From: Opitutales bacterium
Lineage (GTDB): Bacteria > Verrucomicrobiota > Verrucomicrobiia > Opitutales > JBHJGM01
Direction of reading: 5' to 3'
Assembly: GCA_050331595.1 (NCBI GenBank)
Contig: JBHJGQ010000006.1
Location: 1,049 to 65,048, forward strand
Length of the DNA: 64,000 nt
Every line of letters begins with the position of its first letter. The stretch's first letter is position 1. The position numbers and the translations under genes are program-made. The notes beneath the pieces are model-generated. The model was not told the origin of the DNA, ran no database searches, and worked only from the letters and a program-made list of their open reading frames with translations. Shown here piece by piece: positions 1 to 9,980 of this stretch.

Positions 1-2238
1 CTGACCCCGGAGGAGTTCGCGCGCATCACCGAGGTCCTCGGGCGCACCCCCAACCTGACGGAGTTGGGCGTCTTTTCGGTCATGTGGTCCGAGCATTGCG
101 CCTACAAGCACTCGCGCCCCCTGCTCAAGCAATTCCCCAACCAAAAGCGCGACCCGCAGGCCCTGGGACAGGTGCTCGTCAAGGCCGGAGAGGAAAACGC
201 GGGCGTCATCGACATCGGCGACGGCTGGGCGATCGCCTTCAAAATCGAGTCCCACAACCACCCCAGCTACGTCGAACCCTTCGAGGGCGCGGCCACCGGG
301 GTGGGGGGCATCATCCGCGACATCTTCACGATGGGCGCCCGGCCCATTTTGCTGACCAACTCGCTGCGTTTCGGGGACATCGCCCAGTCGGCCCGCGCGC
401 GTCGCATCCTGCGCGGTGTGGTTCACGGCATCGCCCACTACGGCAATTGCATCGGCGTGCCCACGGTTGGTGGCGACGTCTATTTCGACCCCTGCTTCGA
501 GCACAATCCGCTGGTCAACGCGCTTTGTCTGGGCGTTTTGCGCCACGAGCAAATTCAGCGCGGCGCGGCCTCGGGTGTGGGCAATCCGGTGTTCTATGTC
601 GGCCCGCCCACCGGGCGCGACGGCCTTGGCGGCGCCAGTTTTGCCTCTCGTGAAATCACCGACGAAAGCGCCGACGATCGCCCCGCCGTGCAAAAGGGCG
701 ACCCCTTCATGGAGAAGCTTTGCCTGGAGGCCTGCCTCGAAATGATGGCCATCGACGGGCTCGTGGTTGGCATTCAGGACATGGGTGCGGCTGGCCTGAC
801 CTGCTCCACCTGCGAAACCGCCTCGCGCGGCGACACCGGCATCCGCATCGACTTGGACCGCGTGCCCCAGCGCGCCGCGGGCATGAGCAGCTACGAAATC
901 CTGCTTTCCGAAAGCCAGGAGCGCATGCTCGTCATCGCCCAGGCCGGGCGCGAAGCCGAACTCGAAGCCGTCTTCGCCAAGTGGGACTTGCCTGCCGTGC
1001 GCATCGGCGAGGTCACCGAAGGCGCGGACATGGTCGTCGAGCAGGGCGGGCGAACCGTCGCGCGCATGCCGGCCAAATCGCTCACCGACGACGCCCCCCT
1101 CTACCACCCCGAAGCCACCGAACCGCCCCACCTTGCCGAGGTTCGTCATTGGAAAGCGGATACGCTCCCGGTGCCCGATACCGCCCAAATCGAAGCGGCT
1201 TTGCCTGCCTTGTTGGCCCGCCCAAGCATCGCCTCCAAGCAATGCGTCTGGCGCCAGTACGACCACATGGTCGGTGCGGGAACGGTTGTGGAGCCCGGCA
1301 GCGATGCCGCCGTCGTTCGCCTCGATACGGGCCACGGCACCGAGAAGCTCATCGCCATCGCCAACGACGGCAACCCCTTTCACTGCCACCTCGACCCGTA
1401 TCTGGGCTCGCTCGGGGCGATGGCCGAGTGCCTGCGTAATTTGGCCTGCAGCGGCGCCTTCCCGCTGGGCATGACCGACAACCTCAACTTCGGCAACCCG
1501 CGCCGGCCCGAGTCCTTCCACATGCTCCGAGAGAGTGTGCGCGGCCTGGCTGAAGCGTGCGCGTTCTTCGATGTCCCGGTCACCGGTGGCAATGTCAGCC
1601 TCTATAACGAAAGTCCCGAAGGCGGCATCAAGCCCAGCCCGGTCGTTGCGGTGGCCGGGCTCATCCGCGAACGCGCCCACCTCACCCGCCAGCACATCGA
1701 CGCGCCTGGGCGGACGCTCTGCCTGCTGGGCGGTTGGCCGGACCACCTGGGCGGCTCCGAATACCTGCGCTGCATCCACAATCTGGATACGGGTGCGCCG
1801 CCCTCGGTCAACCTCGAGGCCGAACGCCGCCTGCACGATTTTCTGCGCGCGCAGATCACTCACGGTCGCATCGCCGCAGCCCACGATCTCTCCGACGGCG
1901 GCCTGCTGGTCGCGCTTGCCGAAATGCTCTTTCACGCCGAGGGCCCGCGCTTTGGCGCGGAGGTGGACCTGACCGACGCGGGTCAATCCAGGCGGCTGGA
2001 CGTGCTAGGCTTTGGCGAAGTTCACGGGCGTGCGCTCGTGGCGGTCGACCCGCAGCACCTCGACGCGCTTTCGCGCGATGCGTCCGCCGCAAATGTAGCC
2101 TGTGCTGCAATCGGTCACACCAGCACTGGCGAAGACCTTCGCGTCACGCTCCCGGGCAACGCGCCACTGCGCTGGCCGGTTTCGCAACTTCACGACGCCT
2201 GGGCGCACGCCCTGCCCCGCGCTTTGCAACAGCCATGA
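1..2238 (+). CDS. purL: Phosphoribosylformylglycinamidine synthase subunit PurL (5' end outside the window)
   Basis: Frame is open from base 1 ([33 protein letters not shown]). Motifs [35 protein letters not shown] and HDLSDGGL. Confidence 0.98.
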   Translation: MTPEEFARITEVLGRTPNLTELGVFSVMWSEHCAYKHSRPLLKQFPNQKRDPQALGQVLVKAGEENAGVIDIGDGWAIAFKIESHNHPSYVEPFEGAATGVGGIIRDIFTMGARPILLTNSLRFGDIAQSARARRILRGVVHGIAHYGNCIGVPTVGGDVYFDPCFEHNPLVNALCLGVLRHEQIQRGAASGVGNPVFYVGPPTGRDGLGGASFASREITDESADDRPAVQKGDPFMEKLCLEACLEMMAIDGLVVGIQDMGAAGLTCSTCETASRGDTGIRIDLDRVPQRAAGMSSYEILLSESQERMLVIAQAGREAELEAVFAKWDLPAVRIGEVTEGADMVVEQGGRTVARMPAKSLTDDAPLYHPEATEPPHLAEVRHWKADTLPVPDTAQIEAALPALLARPSIASKQCVWRQYDHMVGAGTVVEPGSDAAVVRLDTGHGTEKLIAIANDGNPFHCHLDPYLGSLGAMAECLRNLACSGAFPLGMTDNLNFGNPRRPESFHMLRESVRGLAEACAFFDVPVTGGNVSLYNESPEGGIKPSPVVAVAGLIRERAHLTRQHIDAPGRTLCLLGGWPDHLGGSEYLRCIHNLDTGAPPSVNLEAERRLHDFLRAQITHGRIAAAHDLSDGGLLVALAEMLFHAEGPRFGAEVDLTDAGQSRRLDVLGFGEVHGRALVAVDPQHLDALSRDASAANVACAAIGHTSTGEDLRVTLPGNAPLRWPVSQLHDAWAHALPRALQQP

Positions 2239-4154
2239 GCGACTTCATCGGCCACGAGTGCGGCGTCGCGCTCATTCGCCTGCGCAAGCCCTTGAGCCAC
2301 TTTGCCCAGAAGTACGGCTCGGCGCTCCACGGCTTCAACCAGCTCTTTCTGCTGATGGAGAAGCAGCACAACCGTGGCCAGGACGGCGCGGGTATCGGCG
2401 CGGTCAAGCTCAGCGTGCCGGCCGGGCGCGCCTACGCCTTTCGCGATCGCGAGGTCAAGGCCAACGCGCTGCAGACTATCTTCAATCGTCAGCTCAAAGC
2501 CTTCCGCAAGTTGACCGAGGCCGGCCGTCTCGACGCCGACGATCCCGCCTCCATCAAGCGCTACTGGGACTTTGGCGCGGAGGTTTACCTGGGCCACTTG
2601 CGCTACGGCACCTCCGGCTCCTACCTGCGCAGCGCCACTCAGCCCTACCTGCGCAAGAGTGCCTGGCCCACGCGCAGCCTCATGCTGGCGGGCAATTTTA
2701 ACCTCACCAACACCGGCGAACTCAACCTCGAGCATGTACGCCGGGGCGCGCACCCCATCTACGACACCGACACACAGACCATCCTCGAGGAGATCGGCTT
2801 CCACCTCGACGAGGAACACCAGCGCTTGTATCATGAATTCCGTGACGAAATCAACGGCATGCCCTCCGAGGCCATCGCGCCGCTGATCTCCCAGCGCCTG
2901 GACCTGGGCGATGTCCTGCGCCGCGCCAGCCACAACTGGGACGGCGGCTATACCATGGCCGGTGTTGTGGGCAACGGCGATTGCTTCGTGCTGCGCGATC
3001 CGGGTGGCATTCGCCCCGCCTTCTACTACGAAGACGATGAGATTGCGGCCTTTGCCTCCGAGCGCGTCCCGCTGATGACCGTCTTCGGGCTCGAGGCCGA
3101 GGCCATTCAGCAGGTGCCGCCCGGTGAGGCCGTCCTCATCAAGCACAGTGGCAAACTCACCCGCGAGCGCATCCGCGAGCCTGGCCCCCCGGCGGCCTGC
3201 ACCTTCGAGCGCATCTACTTCTCCCGAGGCAACGACCCCGACATCTACCGCGAACGCAAGGCCCTCGGTGCGGCCCTCGGCCCGCCGGTCCTGCAAGCCA
3301 TCGACAACGATCTCCAGCACGCCGTCTTCAGCTTCGTGCCCAACACCGCCGAGATCGCCTACCACGGCTTGATGGATGCGCTGCGCGAACACCGCCGGCT
3401 TGAGGTCAAGGCCGCCGTGCTCGACGCGGCCCGCAGTGGCCACATTCGCGAAGACTTGCTCGACGCGCTGCTCGACCGCGGTTGGCCGCGCGGTGAAAAA
3501 ATCGCCCATAAGGACATCAAGCTGCGCACCTTCATCAGCCAGGAGCACGACCGCCTGCAACTCGCCTCGCACGTCTACGACGTGACTTATGGCGTGGTCG
3601 CGCCTGAGGATCACCTCGTGGTCATCGACGACTCCATCGTGCGCGGTACCACCCTGCGCCAGTCCATCGTCAGGATCCTGGCGCGGACCAACCCGCGCAG
3701 CCTTGTCATCGCGTCGACTGCCCCGCAGATCCGCTACCCCGACTGCTACGGCATCGACATGAGCGAGCTGGGCAAGTTCATCGCCTTTCAAGCCGCCGTC
3801 GAACTCGTCCGAGAGGCGGGTCAGGAGTCCCTGCTCGATGAAATCTATCGCGAATGCGCGGCCAACCTGAAGGCCAACGGGCCTGTCCGGACCAACCCGG
3901 TCAAACGCCTTTACGCCGCATTTTCCGAGGACGTCGTTGCCGAACGCATCGCTACGCTCGTCCGGCCCGACGATCTGGCCTGGTCCGGCCAACTGCGGGT
4001 GCTCTACCAGTCGATCCAGAGCCTGCATCAAGCCTGCCCAAAGCATCGCGGCGACTGGTACTTTACCGGCGACTACCCGACCCCAGGCGGCCTGCGTGTC
4101 GTCAACCAGGCCTTCATCAACTTCTACGAGCACCGCGAAGGCCGCAGCTACTAG
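2235..4154 (+). CDS. purF: Amidophosphoribosyltransferase (long form)
   Basis: ATGA overlap with pur[11 protein letters not shown] Ntn start, [21 protein letters not shown] loop [16 protein letters not shown]. Confidence 0.96.
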   Translation: MSDFIGHECGVALIRLRKPLSHFAQKYGSALHGFNQLFLLMEKQHNRGQDGAGIGAVKLSVPAGRAYAFRDREVKANALQTIFNRQLKAFRKLTEAGRLDADDPASIKRYWDFGAEVYLGHLRYGTSGSYLRSATQPYLRKSAWPTRSLMLAGNFNLTNTGELNLEHVRRGAHPIYDTDTQTILEEIGFHLDEEHQRLYHEFRDEINGMPSEAIAPLISQRLDLGDVLRRASHNWDGGYTMAGVVGNGDCFVLRDPGGIRPAFYYEDDEIAAFASERVPLMTVFGLEAEAIQQVPPGEAVLIKHSGKLTRERIREPGPPAACTFERIYFSRGNDPDIYRERKALGAALGPPVLQAIDNDLQHAVFSFVPNTAEIAYHGLMDALREHRRLEVKAAVLDAARSGHIREDLLDALLDRGWPRGEKIAHKDIKLRTFISQEHDRLQLASHVYDVTYGVVAPEDHLVVIDDSIVRGTTLRQSIVRILARTNPRSLVIASTAPQIRYPDCYGIDMSELGKFIAFQAAVELVREAGQESLLDEIYRECAANLKANGPVRTNPVKRLYAAFSEDVVAERIATLVRPDDLAWSGQLRVLYQSIQSLHQACPKHRGDWYFTGDYPTPGGLRVVNQAFINFYEHREGRSY

Positions 4155-4188
4155 GTGCACTCAGGCAACCGCTTCTGCTGACACCCCT

Positions 4189-4258
4189 CAAACGAAGCAC
4201 CAAAAACGAGGAACCAAGACCCAACCGCATAGAACTAGGAACGAGGAACCAAGACTTA
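4189..4258 (+). repeat. Degenerate 7-bp tandem repeat, RRAACNA type, about 10 units
   Basis: CAAACGA AGCACCA AAAACGA GGAACCA AGACCCA ACCGCAT AGAACTA GGAACGA GGAACCA AGACTTA, in unbroken 7-nt phase between convergent genes. Confidence 0.8.
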
Positions 4259-5329
4259 AGCCCCCTCCCCGAACGGCGTCTCTTCCCAATAAATCGTGGG
4301 AAAACGTTCGCGCAGCGAGTATTCGTAAATCGCGCGGTTCTTGAAGTAGTTGTTGGCCGACATGTAGACACGCTTGCCCAGCAGCCCCCCGGCAATGGCG
4401 ACGTGCAGCCGGTTGGTGTGGATTTCCTCGTAGGCATCGAGGTGTGCCAGCATGGCCGACACACTCATGCGCGCCGCGATTTCCGGAGCCACGTGAAAAC
4501 CGTAGACCGCCGAGATGTCGACGTTGTCCGGCGGTAGAGCGCCTTCGGGCGACTCCAGGTCCTCGCGGAAGCAATTCAGGCGCTGGCTGGCGTTTTCGGC
4601 CAGATGCAGGTGTCGCCGTAACGTCGCCCGCAGGCGCAGGCGATTTGAGCGCAGCCCCGGAGTACCCAGCCGTGTCAGGCGTTGGCGCAGCCACGCCAAA
4701 AACACCAGCGGGACCGCCGGAATCCGCCGGGCGTCTTTCACATTCAGCGAGAGTCCAAGATCGTCGGCAGGCAACGCATGGCAGTCCGGCGCGGTCCGCT
4801 GTACGTGTTCCAGCGTGCGCGGCTCGCGGCAAAACACGGTGGCCCGCCCGCCAAATTGTTTCAACAGCGCCTCCTGGCCCACGATGGTGTGCGGCAGCAC
4901 AATCAACTGCTTCACCTGCCCCGCCTGCTCTGCCAGGAAATGGGAGCCATGTTCGTACTGCGGAGTGAGCCCGCCGCCGCCGCCGTAGATGAGCACCGCA
5001 TCGCTCAGGTCTCGGGACGCGCGTCGCGGATGCAGCGGATTCCATTTCAGGCCGATCCGCCGAAAGAGCTGGTAGGTGGCGACCGCGATCAGCGAGTCAC
5101 CGGCGTTGCCGTAGTTCGCCAGAAAAAAACAGGGCCTCGTCCCCAAGGCCCGCAGGTGTGCCTCCACCGAATCTTTCGCGGGCGTGTCAATCTTTTGTAC
5201 CTGACTCAAGAATCTATATTCCTGCGTTTGCTCCGTTGCCACAGGGGCCACATCGACCAGAAAGAAGGTCGGCTTACCCTGCCTGGATCTCGAAGGCAAT
5301 CCATTCGCCCGCCGTGACGTTTCCGTCAC
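4256..5329 (-). CDS. Polysaccharide pyruvyl transferase family protein (start uncertain, probably further downstream)
   Basis: NYGNAGDSLI, YGGGG, LPHTI, FCREPRT and TNRLHVAIAGGLLGK motifs. Confidence 0.85.
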   Translation of the reverse strand: MTETSRRANGLPSRSRQGKPTFFLVDVAPVATEQTQEYRFLSQVQKIDTPAKDSVEAHLRALGTRPCFFLANYGNAGDSLIAVATYQLFRRIGLKWNPLHPRRASRDLSDAVLIYGGGGGLTPQYEHGSHFLAEQAGQVKQLIVLPHTIVGQEALLKQFGGRATVFCREPRTLEHVQRTAPDCHALPADDLGLSLNVKDARRIPAVPLVFLAWLRQRLTRLGTPGLRSNRLRLRATLRRHLHLAENASQRLNCFREDLESPEGALPPDNVDISAVYGFHVAPEIAARMSVSAMLAHLDAYEEIHTNRLHVAIAGGLLGKRVYMSANNYFKNRAIYEYSLRERFPTIYWEETPFGEGA

Positions 5330-5384
5330 AGAGTCCCGAATCTTATTGACAGGTTATCCCCACTGGAACCATCTTCCCGCACCA

Positions 5385-6038
5385 ATGGCTGACACGCTTT
5401 CGCACCGGGTTCTGGTTCTCAACCGACTCTGGCAGGCGGTCAACATCGTGGGCGTTCGCCGGGCTTTCAGTTTGCTCGTGCAGGATCACGCGCAGGTCAT
5501 CGACCCATCCGAGGGCAATTTCCAGATCCTGTCCGCCGAAGAGTGGATCGACTTCAGTCTGGAGAACCCGCCCAGCGACGACGACCGTGCCGTGCACACC
5601 GTCCAGATGCGTTTGCGTGTGCCCAGCGTGCTGCTGCTGCGCTACTTCGACCGCGTCCCCACCAAAGAGGTTAAGTTCAACCGCCTCAACGTCTTCGAGC
5701 GCGACGGCTACCGCTGCCAATACTGCGGCAAGGTCTTTGACCCGCGCGACCTCAACCTCGACCACGTGATTCCGCGCGTGCAGGGTGGGCGTACTTCGTG
5801 GGAGAACGTCGTCACCTCGTGCATCCGCTGCAACACCCGCAAGGCCAACCGCTTGCCGCACCAAGCCGGCATGCACCTCATCCGTAAGCCCGCCCGGCCG
5901 AAGTGGCGCCCCTTCATCAACTCCGTTTTGGACGAGGAAGCGGCCATCGAAAGCGACTGGCAGCACTTTTTGGCGGGTTCGGCATCGCGCCGCCACGGCG
6001 ATTTCTTCGACGAGGCCGAAGCCAGCTTGCACAGCTGA
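5385..6038 (+). CDS. HNH endonuclease (McrA-like)
   Basis: RVLVLN N-terminus. RDGYRCQYCG...LDHVIPRVQGGRTSWENVVTSCIRCNTRKANR. Confidence 0.93.
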   Translation: MADTLSHRVLVLNRLWQAVNIVGVRRAFSLLVQDHAQVIDPSEGNFQILSAEEWIDFSLENPPSDDDRAVHTVQMRLRVPSVLLLRYFDRVPTKEVKFNRLNVFERDGYRCQYCGKVFDPRDLNLDHVIPRVQGGRTSWENVVTSCIRCNTRKANRLPHQAGMHLIRKPARPKWRPFINSVLDEEAAIESDWQHFLAGSASRRHGDFFDEAEASLHS

Positions 6039-6286
6039 CTGAGCCATTTCCGCTCCTCGTGCCGGGTTGTTCGCAGTCCCTGCTTCAGGGGTCGTAACGC
6101 GTCCGTAACCGATTGCTGCGAAGTCCTTTACGCGAATCGAAGTTCTGTTCTCAAGCGAACGCAATCGCACGAGCGAACGCCGACATCGTTTCGATTCGTG
6201 TCTACAAATTTGCCTCGTGCGGAAAATCGAGACCCGATTATAGTCACCGGATTCAGTCCGTGCGAATCCTGAGACACCCAGTCGGC

Positions 6287-6736
6287 TCAGTTGCGCGTGG
6301 TCTCCTCGGCGCAGGCTGACGCGAACGACTGAATTTTTTTCCACACGTTGGATAGCCCGTTGCGCCGGTTCGGCGTCAGATGCTGCGTGATGCCGACTTC
6401 GGCCAGAAAATCCGGTTCGTTCGCCAGAATCTCGCCAGGTTCGGCTCCGCTGTACAGCTCCGTCAGCAGACCGGCAATGCCCTTGGTGATCACCGCATCA
6501 GAGTCGGTCGCGTAGTGGCAGCGCCCTGCCTCGAAGCGCGGCACCAGCCACAGCTGCGACTGGCAACCCTCCACAATAAACTCCTTGACCTTCAATGAGT
6601 TCTCCAGCGCTGGCATGCTCCGGGCCTGCTCCAGAATATAGGTCAGGCGCTCTTGCGGGTCGGGAAACAGCGAGAGTGTCTCCACCAGCTTTTCCTTGCG
6701 CGTTTTCAAATCCTGCGCGGTCTCCGGGTTGGTCAT
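6287..6736 (-). CDS. sufE: Fe-S assembly sulfur acceptor SufE
   Basis: VEGCQSQLWL, DSDAVITKG, LTPNRRNGL. Confidence 0.93.
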   Translation of the reverse strand: MTNPETAQDLKTRKEKLVETLSLFPDPQERLTYILEQARSMPALENSLKVKEFIVEGCQSQLWLVPRFEAGRCHYATDSDAVITKGIAGLLTELYSGAEPGEILANEPDFLAEVGITQHLTPNRRNGLSNVWKKIQSFASACAEETTRN

Positions 6737-6811
6737 GGGCCTAACTTAGCCGACCGCGTGCCGCCCGCAAGAACGCGCTTACTGAAACCCCAACGCCCTA
6801 TCGGCATTCAA

Positions 6812-6839
6812 TTGACACTCCTTTTACATTTTGCAGACT
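6812..6839 (+). promoter_or_regulatory. Possible sigma70 promoter
   Basis: Perfect TTGACA, 16-nt spacer, weak -10 CAGACT. AGAGGT RBS follows before the ATG at 6858. Confidence 0.35.
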
Positions 6840-6857
6840 ACAACAGAGGTGTCATCG

Positions 6858-7973
6858 ATGCTCATTTCCAGCCCGCAAACCTCGGTGGCCTACGGGGCAC
6901 CGTGTTACTGGCTGCGTGGCGACCGCATCGAGCTGTTCGTCACTGCCCGCGGCGGGCATCTGGGGCCGACCTCCTTCAAGCTCAAGCACCGCTGGGTGCG
7001 CCCGCTTTCTCTGCCGCCCTGGCAACCGGAGGACCTTCACCCCGAACTTCCGGTCGTTCTCCAAAACCTGCGCGGCGACTTTCTTGGCCTGCCCTTTGGC
7101 GAGAATCACGCGGGTCCGCCCCATGGCGAGCCGGCCAACGCCGAGTGGTCGCTCGTAGGCCAGAGCTTTCGTGAACTGCGTCTCGCACTGGACTTGCAGA
7201 GCCCCCGCGGCCGCATCGAGAAAACCCTCACCCTTGGCGATAACGAGCGCGCGCTCTACCAGCAACACGTCATTGAAGGCGTCCAGGGCCGCTTGCCGCT
7301 GGGCCAGCATGCGATCCTCGAGTTTCCCGAAGACGCGCCCGGGCACGTCAGCGTCGCGCCCTTTGCCCATGGGCAAGTCACGCCGCTGCCTTTCAACAAC
7401 CCTGCTCAGGGTGACTATGGGAGCCTTCAGCCCGGTGCCACGTTTGATTCACTTGAATCGGTACCCCTGCGCGATGGCGGCACCACTTCGCTGGCCAGCT
7501 ATCCTGCGCGCGAAGGCTTCGAAGATCTTGCCATGGTTTCCAGCCAGCCCGAAGGCCTGGGCTGGACCGCGGCCGTGCTCGATGGCTACATCTTTCTCTC
7601 GCTGAAAAACCTCGCCGTGCTGCCCAGCACGCTCCTGTGGTTCAGCAACGGCGGTCGCTGGCAGGCGCCTTGGCAGGGGCGCCACCGCCGCCGCCTTGGC
7701 CTGGAGGAAGTCTGCAGCTACTTCAACGGCGGCATCGATGCCTCCCGGCGCAACCCGCTACAGGAACAAGGCATCCCGACCGTCCGCCGCTTCTCCCGTC
7801 GCGAGGCCACCGTCGTGCGTGTCGCTCAGGTGGTGCATCCTGTTGCAAAGGACTTCGGCGCGGTTGCCACGGTCACGCCCACCGCCGACAAACCCGAGGT
7901 CATCGCCGCCAACGCCTGCGGCCAATCCGTGGCCATCCCCGTCCATTGGTCCTGGGTCCTCGACTCTCCTTAG
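6858..7973 (+). CDS. Conserved hypothetical protein, galactose-mutarotase/aldose-epimerase-like fold
   Basis: LRGDF...PFG, PPHG...N..W, LGQHAIL and final GLEEVCSYF resemble the aldose-1-epimerase-like superfamily. Confidence 0.6.
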   Translation: MLISSPQTSVAYGAPCYWLRGDRIELFVTARGGHLGPTSFKLKHRWVRPLSLPPWQPEDLHPELPVVLQNLRGDFLGLPFGENHAGPPHGEPANAEWSLVGQSFRELRLALDLQSPRGRIEKTLTLGDNERALYQQHVIEGVQGRLPLGQHAILEFPEDAPGHVSVAPFAHGQVTPLPFNNPAQGDYGSLQPGATFDSLESVPLRDGGTTSLASYPAREGFEDLAMVSSQPEGLGWTAAVLDGYIFLSLKNLAVLPSTLLWFSNGGRWQAPWQGRHRRRLGLEEVCSYFNGGIDASRRNPLQEQGIPTVRRFSRREATVVRVAQVVHPVAKDFGAVATVTPTADKPEVIAANACGQSVAIPVHWSWVLDSP

Positions 7974-8046
7974 CCGAAGCAGCGCGCCTTCTGTTCAATC
8001 AACGCTTCTTCGCCTCTGCCTCCACGCTGTCCTCCCATTCAAAGCA

Positions 8047-8937
8047 TCAAGCGGGTCCCTGTCGCTGCCGCCGGTACGCCGTTGGGCTCAGCTCCGTGGC
8101 CTTGCGAAAACGTGTGCTGAAGTAAAACGCGCTGCTGAAGCCGCAATGCTCGGCGATCGCATGGATCGGCTGCCCCGTCCACTCGAGCAGTTCCCGCGCA
8201 TGGCGTAGCCGCACGCCCTCCAGGTGCTCCAGCACCGTTTGTCCGGTTTGTTCGCGAAACAAGTGCGCCAGCCGCGACTCGCTCAGGCCCACCGAGCGCG
8301 CGATTTGCGACAACGTCAGCGCTTCGCCAAAGCGCTGGCCCATCAATGCCATCGCCTGCGAGACGCGTTCGTCCAGTCGCCCATGCGCTCGCTGCGGATT
8401 GACGCTCTCGGCGAACAACAGCGCACGTTCCAGCGCATTGCGCGCGAGCCATTCGCTGCGCGGCAGACCTCCCTGACGCAGCCGGTTCATCGTCACCAAC
8501 GCCTCGCCAATGGCCGTACCGGTGGCTCCGCCCGGAAGCTCCAGGTGCCGCAGTCCCGGCCAGACAATGGGCCAATCCAAGAGCGGCTGCCACTCTGCCG
8601 GCGCGGCGAAATGCGCGAAGAGGAACACCCACTGGCCCGCTTTGGGTTCGGTCCCATAATCCTGCGCCGCACCTAAATCGTAGAGGTGCAGTTGCCCGGC
8701 TCGTGCGTGAGCCTTCTGCCCCTCTGGGCTGAAGAAGCGCCCACAGCCCGATAGCGTGGCAAACAACAATCGATCCCCGGAGCCGTTCGGGCGCACTGTC
8801 CGGTAGCTGGAACCCTCCTTAAAGTGGCCGCTGAACAGATTCCCCACCGGCCGCGTCCGTGCGTGGTGCTCGATATGCGCGCCGGGTCCCGGTGGAGGCA
8901 CACGCCTTGTCGACCGCCCAGCCTCATGCGCCACCAT
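8047..8937 (-). CDS. AraC family transcriptional regulator
   Basis: C-terminal LSESRLAHLFREQTG...IAEHCGFSSAFYFSTRFRKATELSP. N-terminal AraC ligand-binding domain (RPNG...QDYG). Confidence 0.95.
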   Translation of the reverse strand: MVAHEAGRSTRRVPPPGPGAHIEHHARTRPVGNLFSGHFKEGSSYRTVRPNGSGDRLLFATLSGCGRFFSPEGQKAHARAGQLHLYDLGAAQDYGTEPKAGQWVFLFAHFAAPAEWQPLLDWPIVWPGLRHLELPGGATGTAIGEALVTMNRLRQGGLPRSEWLARNALERALLFAESVNPQRAHGRLDERVSQAMALMGQRFGEALTLSQIARSVGLSESRLAHLFREQTGQTVLEHLEGVRLRHARELLEWTGQPIHAIAEHCGFSSAFYFSTRFRKATELSPTAYRRQRQGPA

Positions 8938-9002
8938 GCGTTGGGAGCTTTGGTTCAGTTGGCCGATCTAGCAAGATATTAAAGGTATCTGGCAGCCCCG
9001 CC

Positions 9003-9019
9003 TATTCCAAATTGGAATA
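9003..9019. promoter_or_regulatory. Palindromic operator candidate TATTCCAA-A-TTGGAATA
   Basis: Perfect 8-1-8 inverted repeat in the divergent AraC/PhyH promoter region. Confidence 0.5.
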
Positions 9020-9039
9020 CAATGCATTAGAATGCCTGC

Positions 9040-9864
9040 ATGATTTTAGCTATCCAAACCCGCGTTCCCGCCGATGACCTCGAACGACTCAAGCTCGCTT
9101 TCGACGAAGTGGGCTATGCGATTGCCGCCCAGTGCTTCTCCCCTGAGGAGGTCGACGAAATTCGCGAGTACTTCCAACAAGGCACTCGCCTGGCGACCAA
9201 GGATGGCGGCTTTGACAAGGGCATGCTTGCCGGCAAGCAGGGCGCAGAGCTGCAGCAGTGGCCGCGCTTCCTTCACCCTCACCGCGACCACCCGCTCGCC
9301 CTGCGCGCACTCCTGCATCCGCGCGTGCGCAGCATCTTGCAGAGGCTCTTCGGCACCGATCCACTGGCCGCGCAGAGCATGTATTACTTTAAGTCACCGG
9401 GGGCCGGCGGTCAGCAGCTGCACCAGGACAACATTTACCTTCAGGCCGAACCGCACACCTGCATCGCTGCCTGGACCGCCATCGATGCGGCCGATTCGGC
9501 CAACGGCGGTTTGATGGTCGTCCCGGGAACCCATCGCATGGAGTTGGACTGCCGCAAGAACGAGGAAGGCGAAACCCACGCACGCCGCATCCGGTTGCCC
9601 GAGGGCGCCCGTGCCGAGTGCCCGGAATTGCAACCGGGCGACACGCTCTTCTTCAACGGCCAAATCATTCACGGCTCCGGTCCGAATCGTACCACCGACC
9701 GCTTCCGCCGCTCGTTCATCGGGCACTACATCTGCGGGACCAGCGAAATGGTCGCGCGCTTCTACCATCCTGTGCTCGACTTCGAGGGCCGCACCGTTTC
9801 CATCGCCGAGAACAGCGGCGGTGGTCCCTGCGGCATCGACATGAGCAACCAGGGCGCCTACTGA
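9040..9864 (+). CDS. Phytanoyl-CoA dioxygenase family (Fe/2OG) protein
   Basis: QSMYYFK, HQD, AWTAID...NGGLMVVPGTH, GDTLFFNGQIIHGSGPN. Confidence 0.93.
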   Translation: MILAIQTRVPADDLERLKLAFDEVGYAIAAQCFSPEEVDEIREYFQQGTRLATKDGGFDKGMLAGKQGAELQQWPRFLHPHRDHPLALRALLHPRVRSILQRLFGTDPLAAQSMYYFKSPGAGGQQLHQDNIYLQAEPHTCIAAWTAIDAADSANGGLMVVPGTHRMELDCRKNEEGETHARRIRLPEGARAECPELQPGDTLFFNGQIIHGSGPNRTTDRFRRSFIGHYICGTSEMVARFYHPVLDFEGRTVSIAENSGGGPCGIDMSNQGAY

Positions 9865-9980
9865 GGCGACATCCAGATCAAGCCTGTGTATTGCTTGTTT
9901 GGATACGTCAGGCAGGCCCGATTGCCAAAAAAACGTCCGCCGTTTTTGAGTTCAGAAGGCGCCTTGCGCGGCGGATGGCG

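Noticed and set aside
1734-2234. N-terminal extension of the 806-aa PurF ORF
   Set aside because: It overlaps purL. The real start is the ATG at 2235, which gives the expected propeptide-Cys Ntn terminus.
2190-4160. Long antisense ORFs (656 aa here; also 9618-11387, 20247-22199, 32876-34252, 46351-48618, 56555-58495)
   Set aside because: They are shadows of well-supported genes on the opposite strand, expected in high-GC DNA, and show no recognisable motifs.
5385-6038. HNH gene as an IscB/Cas9-like or group II intron protein
   Set aside because: It is only 217 aa, with no PLMP, RuvC or RT motifs, and fits the common stand-alone McrA-like family.
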